From an uncultured Desulfobacter sp. (GTDB lineage: Bacteria > Desulfobacterota > Desulfobacteria > Desulfobacterales > Desulfobacteraceae): a DNA stretch of 64,000 nucleotides. The DNA lies in assembly GCA_963665095.1 (NCBI GenBank), contig OY762069.1, positions 1-64,000 of the forward strand, given 5' to 3'. A model generated the notes under the pieces. That model saw only the letters and a program-made list of their open reading frames with translations, ran no database searches and had not been told where the DNA came from. Of this stretch, positions 11,046 to 19,928 are shown piece after piece. The first letter of the stretch is position 1. The number at the start of each line of letters is the position of its first letter. Position numbers and translations under genes: made by a program.

Positions 11046-11281
11046 AAATAGAGATCAGATTATTTGCCACGTTAGCCCCTTATGCGCATCACAGGGATCT
11101 GGCTGCCGACGGAACTTTCCATATAAAAGAGCCTGCCACCATTCTTGACGTCGTCTCCCTTTTCGGTGTACCGGAAGAGGAGATTAAACTTGTGTTTCTC
11201 AACGGCGTCCGGGCCTCTTTGGATTCACCGCTGAAACACGGAGACCGGGTGGGGGTTTTCCCGCCCATTGGAGGCGGTTGA
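11042..11281 (+). CDS. MoaD/ThiS sulfur carrier
   Basis: IRLFATL...FLNG...GDRVGVFPPIGGG, ending in Gly-Gly. Confidence 0.9.
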   Translation: MKIEIRLFATLAPYAHHRDLAADGTFHIKEPATILDVVSLFGVPEEEIKLVFLNGVRASLDSPLKHGDRVGVFPPIGGG

Positions 11282-12147
11282 TGGAAGTGGAAGAAAAGCT
11301 GGCATCCCTGGTGAAATTGGAAAAGGATGCCTTAGGGCAGTCCCTTAAGGTGATTGGAGACCAGGACCTCTTTTCACTTTCAAGGGAAAAGAACACCACT
11401 TTTGCCGCCATCTGCCTTGACTGCATGGACAAGGGAATCTGGCCACGGCGTTATCTGCGCAACAGACCGTCCATTTCACTTGCACAACAGATAACCCTTT
11501 CCAAATCCCATGTGGCCGTGGTGGGGGCAGGGGGGCTGGGGGGCCATGTCATTGAAGGCCTCTGCCGGCTGGGGGTGGGCACCCTGCATATATTTGACCC
11601 GGATCGTTTTGACGAGACCAACCTCAACCGCCAGGTCTTTTCAACCATTGCCACCCTGGACCGGCCCAAGGTGGAGGTGAGCAAAGCCGCCTGTCATCTG
11701 ATCAATCCCTTTGTGGAGATCATCACCCATCCAGTAGCGGTGCAATCTTGTGATCAGGCTGAGCTGTTTTCCCAGGTCCAGGTGATTGTGGATGCCCTGG
11801 ATTCCTCAAAGGACCGGCTGACCCTGGCTGCCATTGCCACGGCATGTAATGTCCCCCTGATTCACGGGGCTGTGGCAGGCTTTGAGGGTCGTGTCATGGT
11901 TGTCCGGCCGGGTGACGGCAGTATGGAGATGCTTTATCAGGAGGACGCCAAAGACCTTGCTGCGGAATATGTGCTGGGCACACCTGTTTTTTCCCCGGCC
12001 CTGATTGGTGCATTTCAGATGATGGCGGTCACCCAGGTTCTCCTTGAGTCAGAGAACAATCAGACGCCGGAGAACAATCAGACCGGGAACCGCCGGATGA
12101 TCCACCTGGATCTCTCAACACCGTCCCTGGATTGTTTTTATCTGTAA
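11278..12147 (+). CDS. ThiF/MoeB/HesA family adenylyltransferase
   Basis: Motifs RYLRN, VVGAGGLG, DETNLNRQ and DALDS. Confidence 0.9.
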   Translation: MMEVEEKLASLVKLEKDALGQSLKVIGDQDLFSLSREKNTTFAAICLDCMDKGIWPRRYLRNRPSISLAQQITLSKSHVAVVGAGGLGGHVIEGLCRLGVGTLHIFDPDRFDETNLNRQVFSTIATLDRPKVEVSKAACHLINPFVEIITHPVAVQSCDQAELFSQVQVIVDALDSSKDRLTLAAIATACNVPLIHGAVAGFEGRVMVVRPGDGSMEMLYQEDAKDLAAEYVLGTPVFSPALIGAFQMMAVTQVLLESENNQTPENNQTGNRRMIHLDLSTPSLDCFYL

Positions 12148-12216
12148 CATTCCGAGGATAACATTATTATTCCAGCAAAGAAGTTTGACAAAAAGGCAGA
12201 TTCTGGACGGTCACCA

Positions 12217-13551
12217 TCAGTCAAATAAGGCATCCACAAACTGTCTGGCATCAAACTCCTGAAGATCCTCAATGGCCTCGCCCACGCCGATAAAAGAGAT
12301 GGGCAGCTGCATGGTGGAGGAGACTGCCGCCACAATGCCGCCTTTGGCTGTACCGTCCAGTTTGGTGACCGATATCTGGGTCAACCCGACTGCTTTGTGG
12401 AAAATATCCGCCTGGGACAGGGCGTTCTGGCCTGTTGTGGCATCAATCACCATCATGACCTCATGGGGGGCGCCTTTGCACTTTTTGTCCACGGAGCGTT
12501 TGATTTTTTTAAGCTCTTCCATGAGATTTTTCTGGGTGTGAAGCCGGCCTGCCGTATCAATGAGCACCACATCCACACCCCTGGCCATGGCAGCCTCTAC
12601 AGCATCATAGGCCACGGCAGCAGGATCAGCCCCCTCCTTGTGCCGGACAATATCAGCTCCTGCCCGCTGAGCCCAGATTTCCACCTGCTCAATGGCGGCG
12701 GCCCTGAAGGTGTCTGCCGCGGCAATTAATACCTTTTTTCCCTGGTTTTTATATTTCATGGCCAGTTTGCCAAGGGTGGTGGTTTTACCCGTACCGTTGA
12801 CACCCACCATCATGATCACATGGGGCTTCTGCCAGGCCTGGTCCTGGGGTTCAGGGGAATAAAACAAGGTGAACAGCTCATCTTTAAGCACCTGTCGTAA
12901 CTGGTCCCCCGTGGTCAGTCCCCGGCTTTTTTTCCGGATTCGCTCCATCATCTCCATGGTGATATTCATACCCAGATCCGAGATGATTAAACGCTCCTCA
13001 AGCTCGTCAAACAACTCGTCGTCAATGGCTTTGGAACTGGAAAAAAGTTCTGTGACATCTGTGTTCAAAACTGTGCGGGTTTTGGCAAGCCCTGATTTAA
13101 GCTTTGAGAAAAGGCTGGTTGTACCTGGTTTTTCAGCCGGTGGGGCTGTAACGGTTTCCTGATTTTCCTCTACAGCCTTTTGTATCTCTTCGGCAGGCGT
13201 TTCTGCCTCTTCAACTGCAGCCTGTGCAACCCCAGTGGAAGGGGGCTCTTTTTCTTCCGGAATGGAGGGGCCGTTATCCACAAGACAGGATTTATCTTCA
13301 GGGACCGCAGGTTCCACAGCAGGGGCTACTTTTTCCTGATCTGTTGAAGGGGCGGGCACCGTTTCAATGGGCGCTTCCGGCTGTTCAACCGGTTTGTCTG
13401 GGGTTACAAAGGGGGCTTCCGGAACCGGTTCCGGTTCCGGAGGAGGTGCTGTTTCTGTTGTCAGTGCCGGTTTTTCAGCCGGTATGGTTTTTTCCGGCTG
13501 GATCTTATTTTCCACCGGCTTTTTCTTTTTTCTAAAAAAACTAAAGACCAC
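12217..13551 (-). CDS. ftsY: SRP receptor FtsY
   Basis: Motifs GVNGTGKTTT, DTFRAAA, DTAGR and TKLDGTAKGG; acidic Pro/Glu-rich N-terminal region. Confidence 0.97.
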   Translation of the reverse strand: MVFSFFRKKKKPVENKIQPEKTIPAEKPALTTETAPPPEPEPVPEAPFVTPDKPVEQPEAPIETVPAPSTDQEKVAPAVEPAVPEDKSCLVDNGPSIPEEKEPPSTGVAQAAVEEAETPAEEIQKAVEENQETVTAPPAEKPGTTSLFSKLKSGLAKTRTVLNTDVTELFSSSKAIDDELFDELEERLIISDLGMNITMEMMERIRKKSRGLTTGDQLRQVLKDELFTLFYSPEPQDQAWQKPHVIMMVGVNGTGKTTTLGKLAMKYKNQGKKVLIAAADTFRAAAIEQVEIWAQRAGADIVRHKEGADPAAVAYDAVEAAMARGVDVVLIDTAGRLHTQKNLMEELKKIKRSVDKKCKGAPHEVMMVIDATTGQNALSQADIFHKAVGLTQISVTKLDGTAKGGIVAAVSSTMQLPISFIGVGEAIEDLQEFDARQFVDALFD

Positions 13552-13756
13552 CCTTGTATCTCCTTAATGTCCTGTAAAAAATGCAATTTTTTAAAACAGA
13601 TTTGCCAATCAGGCGAAATCTGGTTTATGATGGATCATCTATTACATTTTTTAGCCGTCGCAATCAAGCTTTGGACGCGCTAAATTAGCTTTACTTTCTC
13701 AGTATCGCTGGTTAAAAATAAACTACCATTCAATCTGTTAAAATCAGGATAGGATT

Positions 13757-15172
13757 ATGGCTGAAAAACTTGAGGATAAAATAGGGCAGTTGCAGGTCCA
13801 GGTGGAAAAACTGCAATCCCAGAGAGATCAACTGCTCAAAGAGCTGGATGCAGTTGAAGTCCAGCACGAAAGCCTTGACACGCTGTATAAACGATACCTC
13901 CCGGTCATACTGGATGAGGTCTCACAGGAGGGTACGGCATTTGGTAAAGCCTGCAACCAGCTTGGAGAGGCGTTACGTAAAAAAGCATCTCCGGCCAAAA
14001 TCGAATATATTTTTGAACAGATCAAGACTGCCATGATCCAGGAGGATATCGGCCCGGTTTCAGCAAAAAAGAAAAAAGGGCTTTTCTCCTCGCTGAAGAA
14101 AGTATCATTAGAAGATCAGATGCTGGATGACTTAAAGCAGGGTTATCTTGATGTGGTTAACCATCTGAAATCCACTCTTGATAAAAAGTATGGCACAAGG
14201 CTGATGTCCATTACCTCGCATCTGTTAAAAGCGGGAGACATCCATGATATTGAAGAGACCCGGGATAATGTGTTTTCTCTGATTTTTCATTTTATTTCAG
14301 AAACCAGTCAGGACCGTGAAAAGGTCAACAAGTTTATCAGGGATATTGTGGCCAGGATTTTTGAGATTGAGAAAAAACTGGCATCCTCCTATGAACAGAC
14401 CAGTTCCCTGCTTACCTCGAATCAGGCGTTTGAATCTGTGCTGAGCGATGAAATGACCGGGTTGAAGAGCTCCTCAGATGTGGCTGAAAGTCTGGATGAT
14501 CTTAGAATGAAGATATCCACCGGGCTTTCATCCATAGAAAAAGCGCTGCAGAAAAAGCAGAAGGTGGACCAGGCCATCAGTCAGCTGGCCCAGAAAAGCA
14601 AGAGCTCTTTTACATCAGGGTTTGCCAAGCTTAAGCAGGAGCTTAATGAAGCAACACGGTACACAGAAGAACTTGAGAAAAAGCTCAACGAGGATCAGTT
14701 GACAGGGGCAAATAACCGGCGGGCCTATGATAAGAAAATTGCAGATGAGATGGAGCGGTTTCTCAGGTATGGCAGTGTTTTTTCTCTGTTAATCATTGAT
14801 GCGGATAAATTCAAAAATATCAATGACACTTATGGCCACGCCATTGGTGACAAATGTCTTCAGCAAATTATTAAACGTACCAAGCCGCTTTTAAGAAAAA
14901 TTGACATGCTTGCCCGTTACGGCGGAGAAGAGTTTGCTGTGATCATGCCCGAAACCAATGGGGACGGTGCAAAGATGGTGGCGGAAAAAATCCGCCAGAC
15001 CATTGAAAAAATTGAGTTCCTGTACAAGGAAGAGACTGTGAGGATAACTGTGAGCATTGGTGTGACCAACGTAAGGGAAGGCGACCAGACTCACATCCAG
15101 GTATTTGAACGTGCAGATATGGCTGTATACAAGGCTAAGGAAAACGGACGTAACCAGGTGATGGTTCAATAG
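13757..15172 (+). CDS. Diguanylate cyclase with a coiled-coil N-terminus
   Basis: Motifs DQLTG, FKNINDTYGHAIGD, RxxD I-site (RKID) and RYGGEEF. Confidence 0.93.
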   Translation: MAEKLEDKIGQLQVQVEKLQSQRDQLLKELDAVEVQHESLDTLYKRYLPVILDEVSQEGTAFGKACNQLGEALRKKASPAKIEYIFEQIKTAMIQEDIGPVSAKKKKGLFSSLKKVSLEDQMLDDLKQGYLDVVNHLKSTLDKKYGTRLMSITSHLLKAGDIHDIEETRDNVFSLIFHFISETSQDREKVNKFIRDIVARIFEIEKKLASSYEQTSSLLTSNQAFESVLSDEMTGLKSSSDVAESLDDLRMKISTGLSSIEKALQKKQKVDQAISQLAQKSKSSFTSGFAKLKQELNEATRYTEELEKKLNEDQLTGANNRRAYDKKIADEMERFLRYGSVFSLLIIDADKFKNINDTYGHAIGDKCLQQIIKRTKPLLRKIDMLARYGGEEFAVIMPETNGDGAKMVAEKIRQTIEKIEFLYKEETVRITVSIGVTNVREGDQTHIQVFERADMAVYKAKENGRNQVMVQ

Positions 15173-15190
15173 ATTTAGATACGCGTTGGA

Positions 15191-17290
15191 GTGATAATGG
15201 ATAATACCCGGCAGATAGCCGAAAGCGTGCTTGAAGAAGCGCGCCGCACCATGAATGAAGACAGCAGACAGGCCCAGGAAAGAAGAAAGTTTTCCCCAAG
15301 AAAAATTGACATTTTTAACGCATCCTATTCATGCCTTGAGTCATTGAGTGAATATCGGTTTCTGAACAATTCCGAAGCCGAACGGATGCTGCCGGGAATT
15401 ATCAATAATCCGGTTCAGCAGGTGGTGGCGGTTCCATCCCCGGACGAAGATCTGAAAGCTGTTTTTTCAAAACTTAGAAACATCGGGGTTGTTTTTTCAG
15501 GCGGCCCGGCACCGGGTGGCCATAATGTGATTGCCGGACTTTTTGATGAAATGAAGCGGTACAATGCTGATTCGAAAATGTTTGGTTTCATTAAAGGCCC
15601 TGAAGGTCTTTTGGAAAACCGGTATATTGAGATTACCAAAGCGCTTGTGGATGCCCACCGCAACATGGGCGGATTCTCCATGATAAAAACCGGGCGAACC
15701 AAAATTGATTCAGGCAGTAAAATGGAAAGTGCCCTGACGGCCTGCAGAAATCTGGATCTGGATGCCCTGGTGATCATTGGCGGGGATGACTCCAACACCA
15801 ATGCCGCGTTTCTGGCCCAGCATTTCAAATCTTCAGGTATAAAAGTGATTGGCATCCCCAAAACCATTGATGGGGATATCCAGGTGAAAACCGGAGATGG
15901 CAAGGTGTTGTGTGCCACATCCTTTGGCTTTCATTCCGCAGCCCGGGCATTTGCTGAAAATATTTCCAATCTGGCCAATGACGGCAGCTCTGACATCAAA
16001 TACTGGCACGTGTGCAAGGTCATGGGCCGGGTGGCAAGCCATCTTACCCTGGAAACAGCTCTGCAGACCCATGTGAATCTGGCCCTGATCGGTGAGGAGC
16101 TCGCTGACTATGTGGACCAGGCCCGGCTGGATAAAGCCCGGGAGCAGGGCACCCTCACCGATTACAATGCCTACGGCATGACCCTGCGCCACCTGTCCAG
16201 GCTTATCTGCGATGTCATTGTTAAACGGGCGGCATTTGGTAAAAATTACGGCGTGATGATCATTCCTGAGGGTATTCTTGAATTTATTAATGAAATTCAG
16301 GTGTTTATTACAAAATTTAATAAAATCATTGCAGATTACAATAAAATTCACGACCTGGACTTTCATCGGACATTTCCCTCCCTCAGCCAGAAACTGGATT
16401 ATCTGCGCAGAATTTCCCAGGGCATGATGGATAAGGGGCGCTTTCCCATATGGAATATCCGGGATGATGAACTGTTTAATCAGCTGCCGTCCTTTTTTAA
16501 GGAGGGGCTGCTGGTGGAGCGGGATCTTCACGGTAATTTCCAGTTCTCCCAGGTGAAAACCGAAAAAATTATCATGGATATGGTGAAAGAGTACCTGAGT
16601 GTGCTCAAAGAGCAGGGGAGTTATAAGATCGGTATCCTGCGTGACGACTATGTCTCTTTAATGAACAGTGCTGGCATGGACCCGGAAATGTATGCTCCGG
16701 CCCTGTTTAAAAACCCTGAAGCCAAATATGTGCTGGTCAAGCCGGATATCATTTCCATGAAAACCCTGAAGCTGGCCCTGGTCAATGCCGGTATGCTGGA
16801 CCCCGAAGAGGATACCCCCAGTGAACTGGTAGATATATTTAAAAAATCTGAGGCTGAGTTTAAAATTCAGACCCATTTTTACGGATATGACGGCAGGGGA
16901 ACCGATCCCACCTATTTTGACTGCTGCTATGCCTATAATCTCGGATTGACCGCTTTCCACCTCATTGCAGGCGGCGCAACAGGCCAGATGGCTGCCATCA
17001 TCAACCTGGAACAGGATTTCAGCCAGTGGCAGCCCGCAGGCATTCCCATTGCCAGGCTCATGCACCTTGAGGAACGAAAAGGGCGCCTTGAGCTGGTGAT
17101 AGAAAAGAGCATCGTGGATTTGGAATCCAACGCCTTTAGAGTGTTCCAGGCCATCAGGGAGGAGTGGGTGGCTGCTGTGGCCGGTCCTGACAAGTTCAGA
17201 CACCCTGGATCCATTGGCTTCTGCCAGGATACGGAAGAGGATCGTCCTCTCACCCTGAAACTGAATTCCCTGGTCTCTGAAGAGGGGTAA
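15191..17290 (+). CDS. pfp: PPi-dependent phosphofructokinase (long clade)
   Basis: Motifs SGGPAPGGHNV, GGDDSNTN, PKTIDGD and MGRVASH. Confidence 0.9.
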   Translation: MIMDNTRQIAESVLEEARRTMNEDSRQAQERRKFSPRKIDIFNASYSCLESLSEYRFLNNSEAERMLPGIINNPVQQVVAVPSPDEDLKAVFSKLRNIGVVFSGGPAPGGHNVIAGLFDEMKRYNADSKMFGFIKGPEGLLENRYIEITKALVDAHRNMGGFSMIKTGRTKIDSGSKMESALTACRNLDLDALVIIGGDDSNTNAAFLAQHFKSSGIKVIGIPKTIDGDIQVKTGDGKVLCATSFGFHSAARAFAENISNLANDGSSDIKYWHVCKVMGRVASHLTLETALQTHVNLALIGEELADYVDQARLDKAREQGTLTDYNAYGMTLRHLSRLICDVIVKRAAFGKNYGVMIIPEGILEFINEIQVFITKFNKIIADYNKIHDLDFHRTFPSLSQKLDYLRRISQGMMDKGRFPIWNIRDDELFNQLPSFFKEGLLVERDLHGNFQFSQVKTEKIIMDMVKEYLSVLKEQGSYKIGILRDDYVSLMNSAGMDPEMYAPALFKNPEAKYVLVKPDIISMKTLKLALVNAGMLDPEEDTPSELVDIFKKSEAEFKIQTHFYGYDGRGTDPTYFDCCYAYNLGLTAFHLIAGGATGQMAAIINLEQDFSQWQPAGIPIARLMHLEERKGRLELVIEKSIVDLESNAFRVFQAIREEWVAAVAGPDKFRHPGSIGFCQDTEEDRPLTLKLNSLVSEEG

Positions 17291-17341
17291 GGGACGGGTA
17301 ATGCTTTCAGGTGTATATATAAATTCAGAATCTCAAATTTT

Positions 17342-17384
17342 CGGCTGTTATCCCATAAAGTACGTCACTCAGGGATAACAGCCG
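17342..17384. terminator. Hairpin between the convergent pfp and trmO genes
   Basis: Perfect 13-bp inverted repeat CGGCTGTTATCCC / GGGATAACAGCCG. Confidence 0.6.
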
Positions 17385-17387
17385 CTG

Positions 17388-17822
17388 CTATTCTGCGCTG
17401 GGACAATCCTCATGCCCAATCACGTGGGGCTTGATATCCAATATCGGCGTCCCATCCATCATATCGATGTGTTTGACCCCAATGTGGCCGCTGTTAATGT
17501 CTGTCACCTCCACCACACTCATACCAATGGCATTGGGCCGGATGGGCGAGCAAATGCTGAACACACCTCTGGATGACGAACGGTTGGGCGGGGTCTGGAA
17601 AAGATAGTTTGAATTGAATACCGGGCTTTTATGGAAGTGAAAAAGCACCACGATTTTTTGTCCGATTTCAATATCCCGCAATGCCTTTTCAAATTCGGGA
17701 AAGATTTCCAATACGCCTGTTTCCTGTGACACAGACCAGTGTCTGGGAAGCTTTTTGGCTTCTGTTTTTACAAAACCTATGGGGCTGAAAGAGATAGTTG
17801 TTTCGGTTGTCATTATATCCAT
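17388..17822 (-). CDS. tsaA: TrmO/TsaA family tRNA methyltransferase
   Basis: Motifs PIG, GVFSICSPIRPNAIG and DGTPILDIKP. Confidence 0.85.
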   Translation of the reverse strand: MDIMTTETTISFSPIGFVKTEAKKLPRHWSVSQETGVLEIFPEFEKALRDIEIGQKIVVLFHFHKSPVFNSNYLFQTPPNRSSSRGVFSICSPIRPNAIGMSVVEVTDINSGHIGVKHIDMMDGTPILDIKPHVIGHEDCPSAE

Positions 17823-18242
17823 CCAATTAAATTTAATTCAACTTGGGCATAGCATCACAATGATATAATCGAATGTCCTTTGGCGCAACATTCATTCCGC
17901 TGTGATAACTTAAAAAGAGTGGGATTCACACGGATAGTCTGAGGGGTCCCTCAGCCAAAACATTTGAACTAATAATTAGACGTAGTCCTCGCTGTCAGAC
18001 AGGTCTGGACCCCAGAGCCATTCATCTGGTAGTGGTTGCTATTTTAAAATTTTTACTCGTCTCCAATCCAATTTTGAAACGGCTTTGGCTACTTTTGTTA
18101 TTGGTGACCTATGTTGAAAATCTGGAAAATCAAAGCTCTATGGTGAAGACGCCCTTCGGTCAGTCTTTGTTTTTCCGGTCGGGCAACTCACCCAGACTCC
18201 CTGTCAATCATGTTGCTTAAATTCTTGCTTGTTGACTTAGTT

Positions 18243-18734
18243 TTAATCTGCGGGGTGTCGACCGGGGCTTTCTGGGTGTTGTTGAACTTGATGGGGGAGT
18301 ATACTCTTTTTTTGTCTTTTTTTAACAGGATTCACAATACTCGAACTTCTGATGAGTTGTTCAGCAGAATCCACAAAAAAAGCAGACCTGGAAATCCCCC
18401 TGGCTTTTGCAGCCCTGTCAATCTTGATAAGCTTATACTCAGGTACCGTGATATTTATCCTCTGGGTCTTGGGAGCTATGAAGGCAAAATCAATATCAGA
18501 AAGATACAGGAAACTGTCTCTGGTATACAAGTCTGAATCTAAAAGGTCATCCAGTTTAGAGGGAGTCGGGGGTTCAGATATGTCTTCTCCGTTATAATAT
18601 AATTCTACCGCTTCTTGTATGTTAAGGATGGCTTCCTCCTGGGTATCACCATATGCAAAACATCCTGGGATATCCGGTATAGTTACCCCATAGCCGGTGT
18701 TATCGTCCTTATGAATAATTACCGGATATTTCAT
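18243..18734 (-). CDS. hicB: HicB antitoxin with an RHH C-terminal domain
   Basis: YPVIIHKD..GYGVTIPDIPGC...GDT..EA, then RINIT...IDR...SRSAF. Confidence 0.93.
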   Translation of the reverse strand: MKYPVIIHKDDNTGYGVTIPDIPGCFAYGDTQEEAILNIQEAVELYYNGEDISEPPTPSKLDDLLDSDLYTRDSFLYLSDIDFAFIAPKTQRINITVPEYKLIKIDRAAKARGISRSAFFVDSAEQLIRSSSIVNPVKKRQKKSILPHQVQQHPESPGRHPAD

Positions 18735-18735
18735 T

Positions 18736-18924
18736 TCACTTTCTCCATTTTAATCCTGCCATTCTATAAATATTTCTGGCTGTCCCAATAGGTAGATCTT
18801 TTTGGGGATGAGGTACAATCACAATTTTACCATTTTCATGCTTGAATTTGTGATGATCACCTGACGTATTAACTAATACGAATCCAGCATTTTTAAGTTC
18901 TTTTATGATCTGCCTGCTGTTCAT
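18736..18924 (-). CDS. hicA: HicA mRNA interferase toxin
   Basis: 62 aa with GDHHKFKH and VPHPQKDLPIGT; directly upstream of hicB. Confidence 0.93.
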   Translation of the reverse strand: MNSRQIIKELKNAGFVLVNTSGDHHKFKHENGKIVIVPHPQKDLPIGTARNIYRMAGLKWRK

Positions 18925-18958
18925 ATTTATAAATACACACTATACACATAAAAATCAA
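18925..18958 (-). promoter_or_regulatory. Putative hicAB promoter/operator, possibly giving a near-leaderless transcript
   Basis: On the minus strand, TTGATT-N17-TATTTA ends a few nt before the ATG. A TGTGTAT direct repeat lies in the spacer, and there is no RBS. Confidence 0.45.
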
Positions 18959-19515
18959 CGGACAGGTATTAATTTAAAAGAAAGTTTTGGGGGGTGCATG
19001 TCCATTTCAAACAGGCGTGGCTGGTAACTTTGTTGCTCTTTATTCGATTTCCCAGAATTGAAAATACTTTAATAGCGTGGACTACTATCAGGCTATGGCC
19101 CTCTTTTCAAACGAATTGTCACCCCGGACTTTCCCTGTCACTCCGGGTTTTTCACTGCACGCCCAGGGCATTTTTAAATCAAATTTTTCGACTCGGTCCT
19201 GATCACTGCACTATGGATTTTCAGTTGAAAAACACCATATCTTGTGCCAAGCCTTTATAATAGGGAGAAAAAGACTACAAATGCTAAAGCTCGCCCTTGA
19301 ATTATGAGATGCCGAAAGACTGGAAAAAGAATTGAACGCCATTATTGAAAAGGGTTTCGGACTTCAATGATACCATGATTGAACACTTAGGTAATACTCA
19401 TTTTCATCATCGATACCATCTGAATGATTGAGTATTATGACAATATAAACGATAAGTAAAAAAGATTGCAGTCAGTTATGGTACTGACTGCACCTCCCTT
19501 TTTCAAAATAGTTCA

Positions 19516-19920
19516 TTACATTGAAATTACAATTTTATTGTTCCTGTTATCTGGAGAAATCATCATTTTTTTTGTTTTAGAACGGTTGGGGAATTTAGAG
19601 GTTTTCCAATCTACTTTTATCTTAGCCTTGGTATTGACTGGCAGATTGGAGATGGTCACGGTTTCTTGGCATGCCCAGCGACCAGATTTTTTCATAGATT
19701 TCTTACCACCGTCAGTTGACAGCATATAAGTAATGGTATAATCAGCCTTTCCGATACATATAGTCGAAGAGTCACAGGAGATTGTTACAATACCAGGCAA
19801 GTTAGCCGTTCCTTGATTGATCGAAGTATCCTTTGCAGATGCAGGTGATGTCAACAGAGTAAAAATTGCCGCCAATACAAAACTCAATAATGTCCAGACC
19901 GAAATTCTGTGTTTCATCAT
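19516..19920 (-). CDS. Secreted hypothetical protein (134 aa, basic, Cys-containing)
   Basis: GAAGGA RBS, signal peptide ending in ASA, and a start 8 bp after the vWA gene stop. Confidence 0.75.
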   Translation of the reverse strand: MMKHRISVWTLLSFVLAAIFTLLTSPASAKDTSINQGTANLPGIVTISCDSSTICIGKADYTITYMLSTDGGKKSMKKSGRWACQETVTISNLPVNTKAKIKVDWKTSKFPNRSKTKKMMISPDNRNNKIVISM

Positions 19921-19928
19921 TCCTTCTT

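Noticed and set aside
12052..12083. Duplication with an 18-bp period (ENNQTP ENNQTG) in the ThiF gene
   Set aside because: A small in-frame slippage in a loop with no evident significance.
17930..18240. Short palindromes (CTGAGGGGTCCCCTCAG, GGTCTGGACCCC) considered as IS ends or ncRNA
   Set aside because: I could not identify paired terminal repeats, a transposase or a recognisable RNA family.
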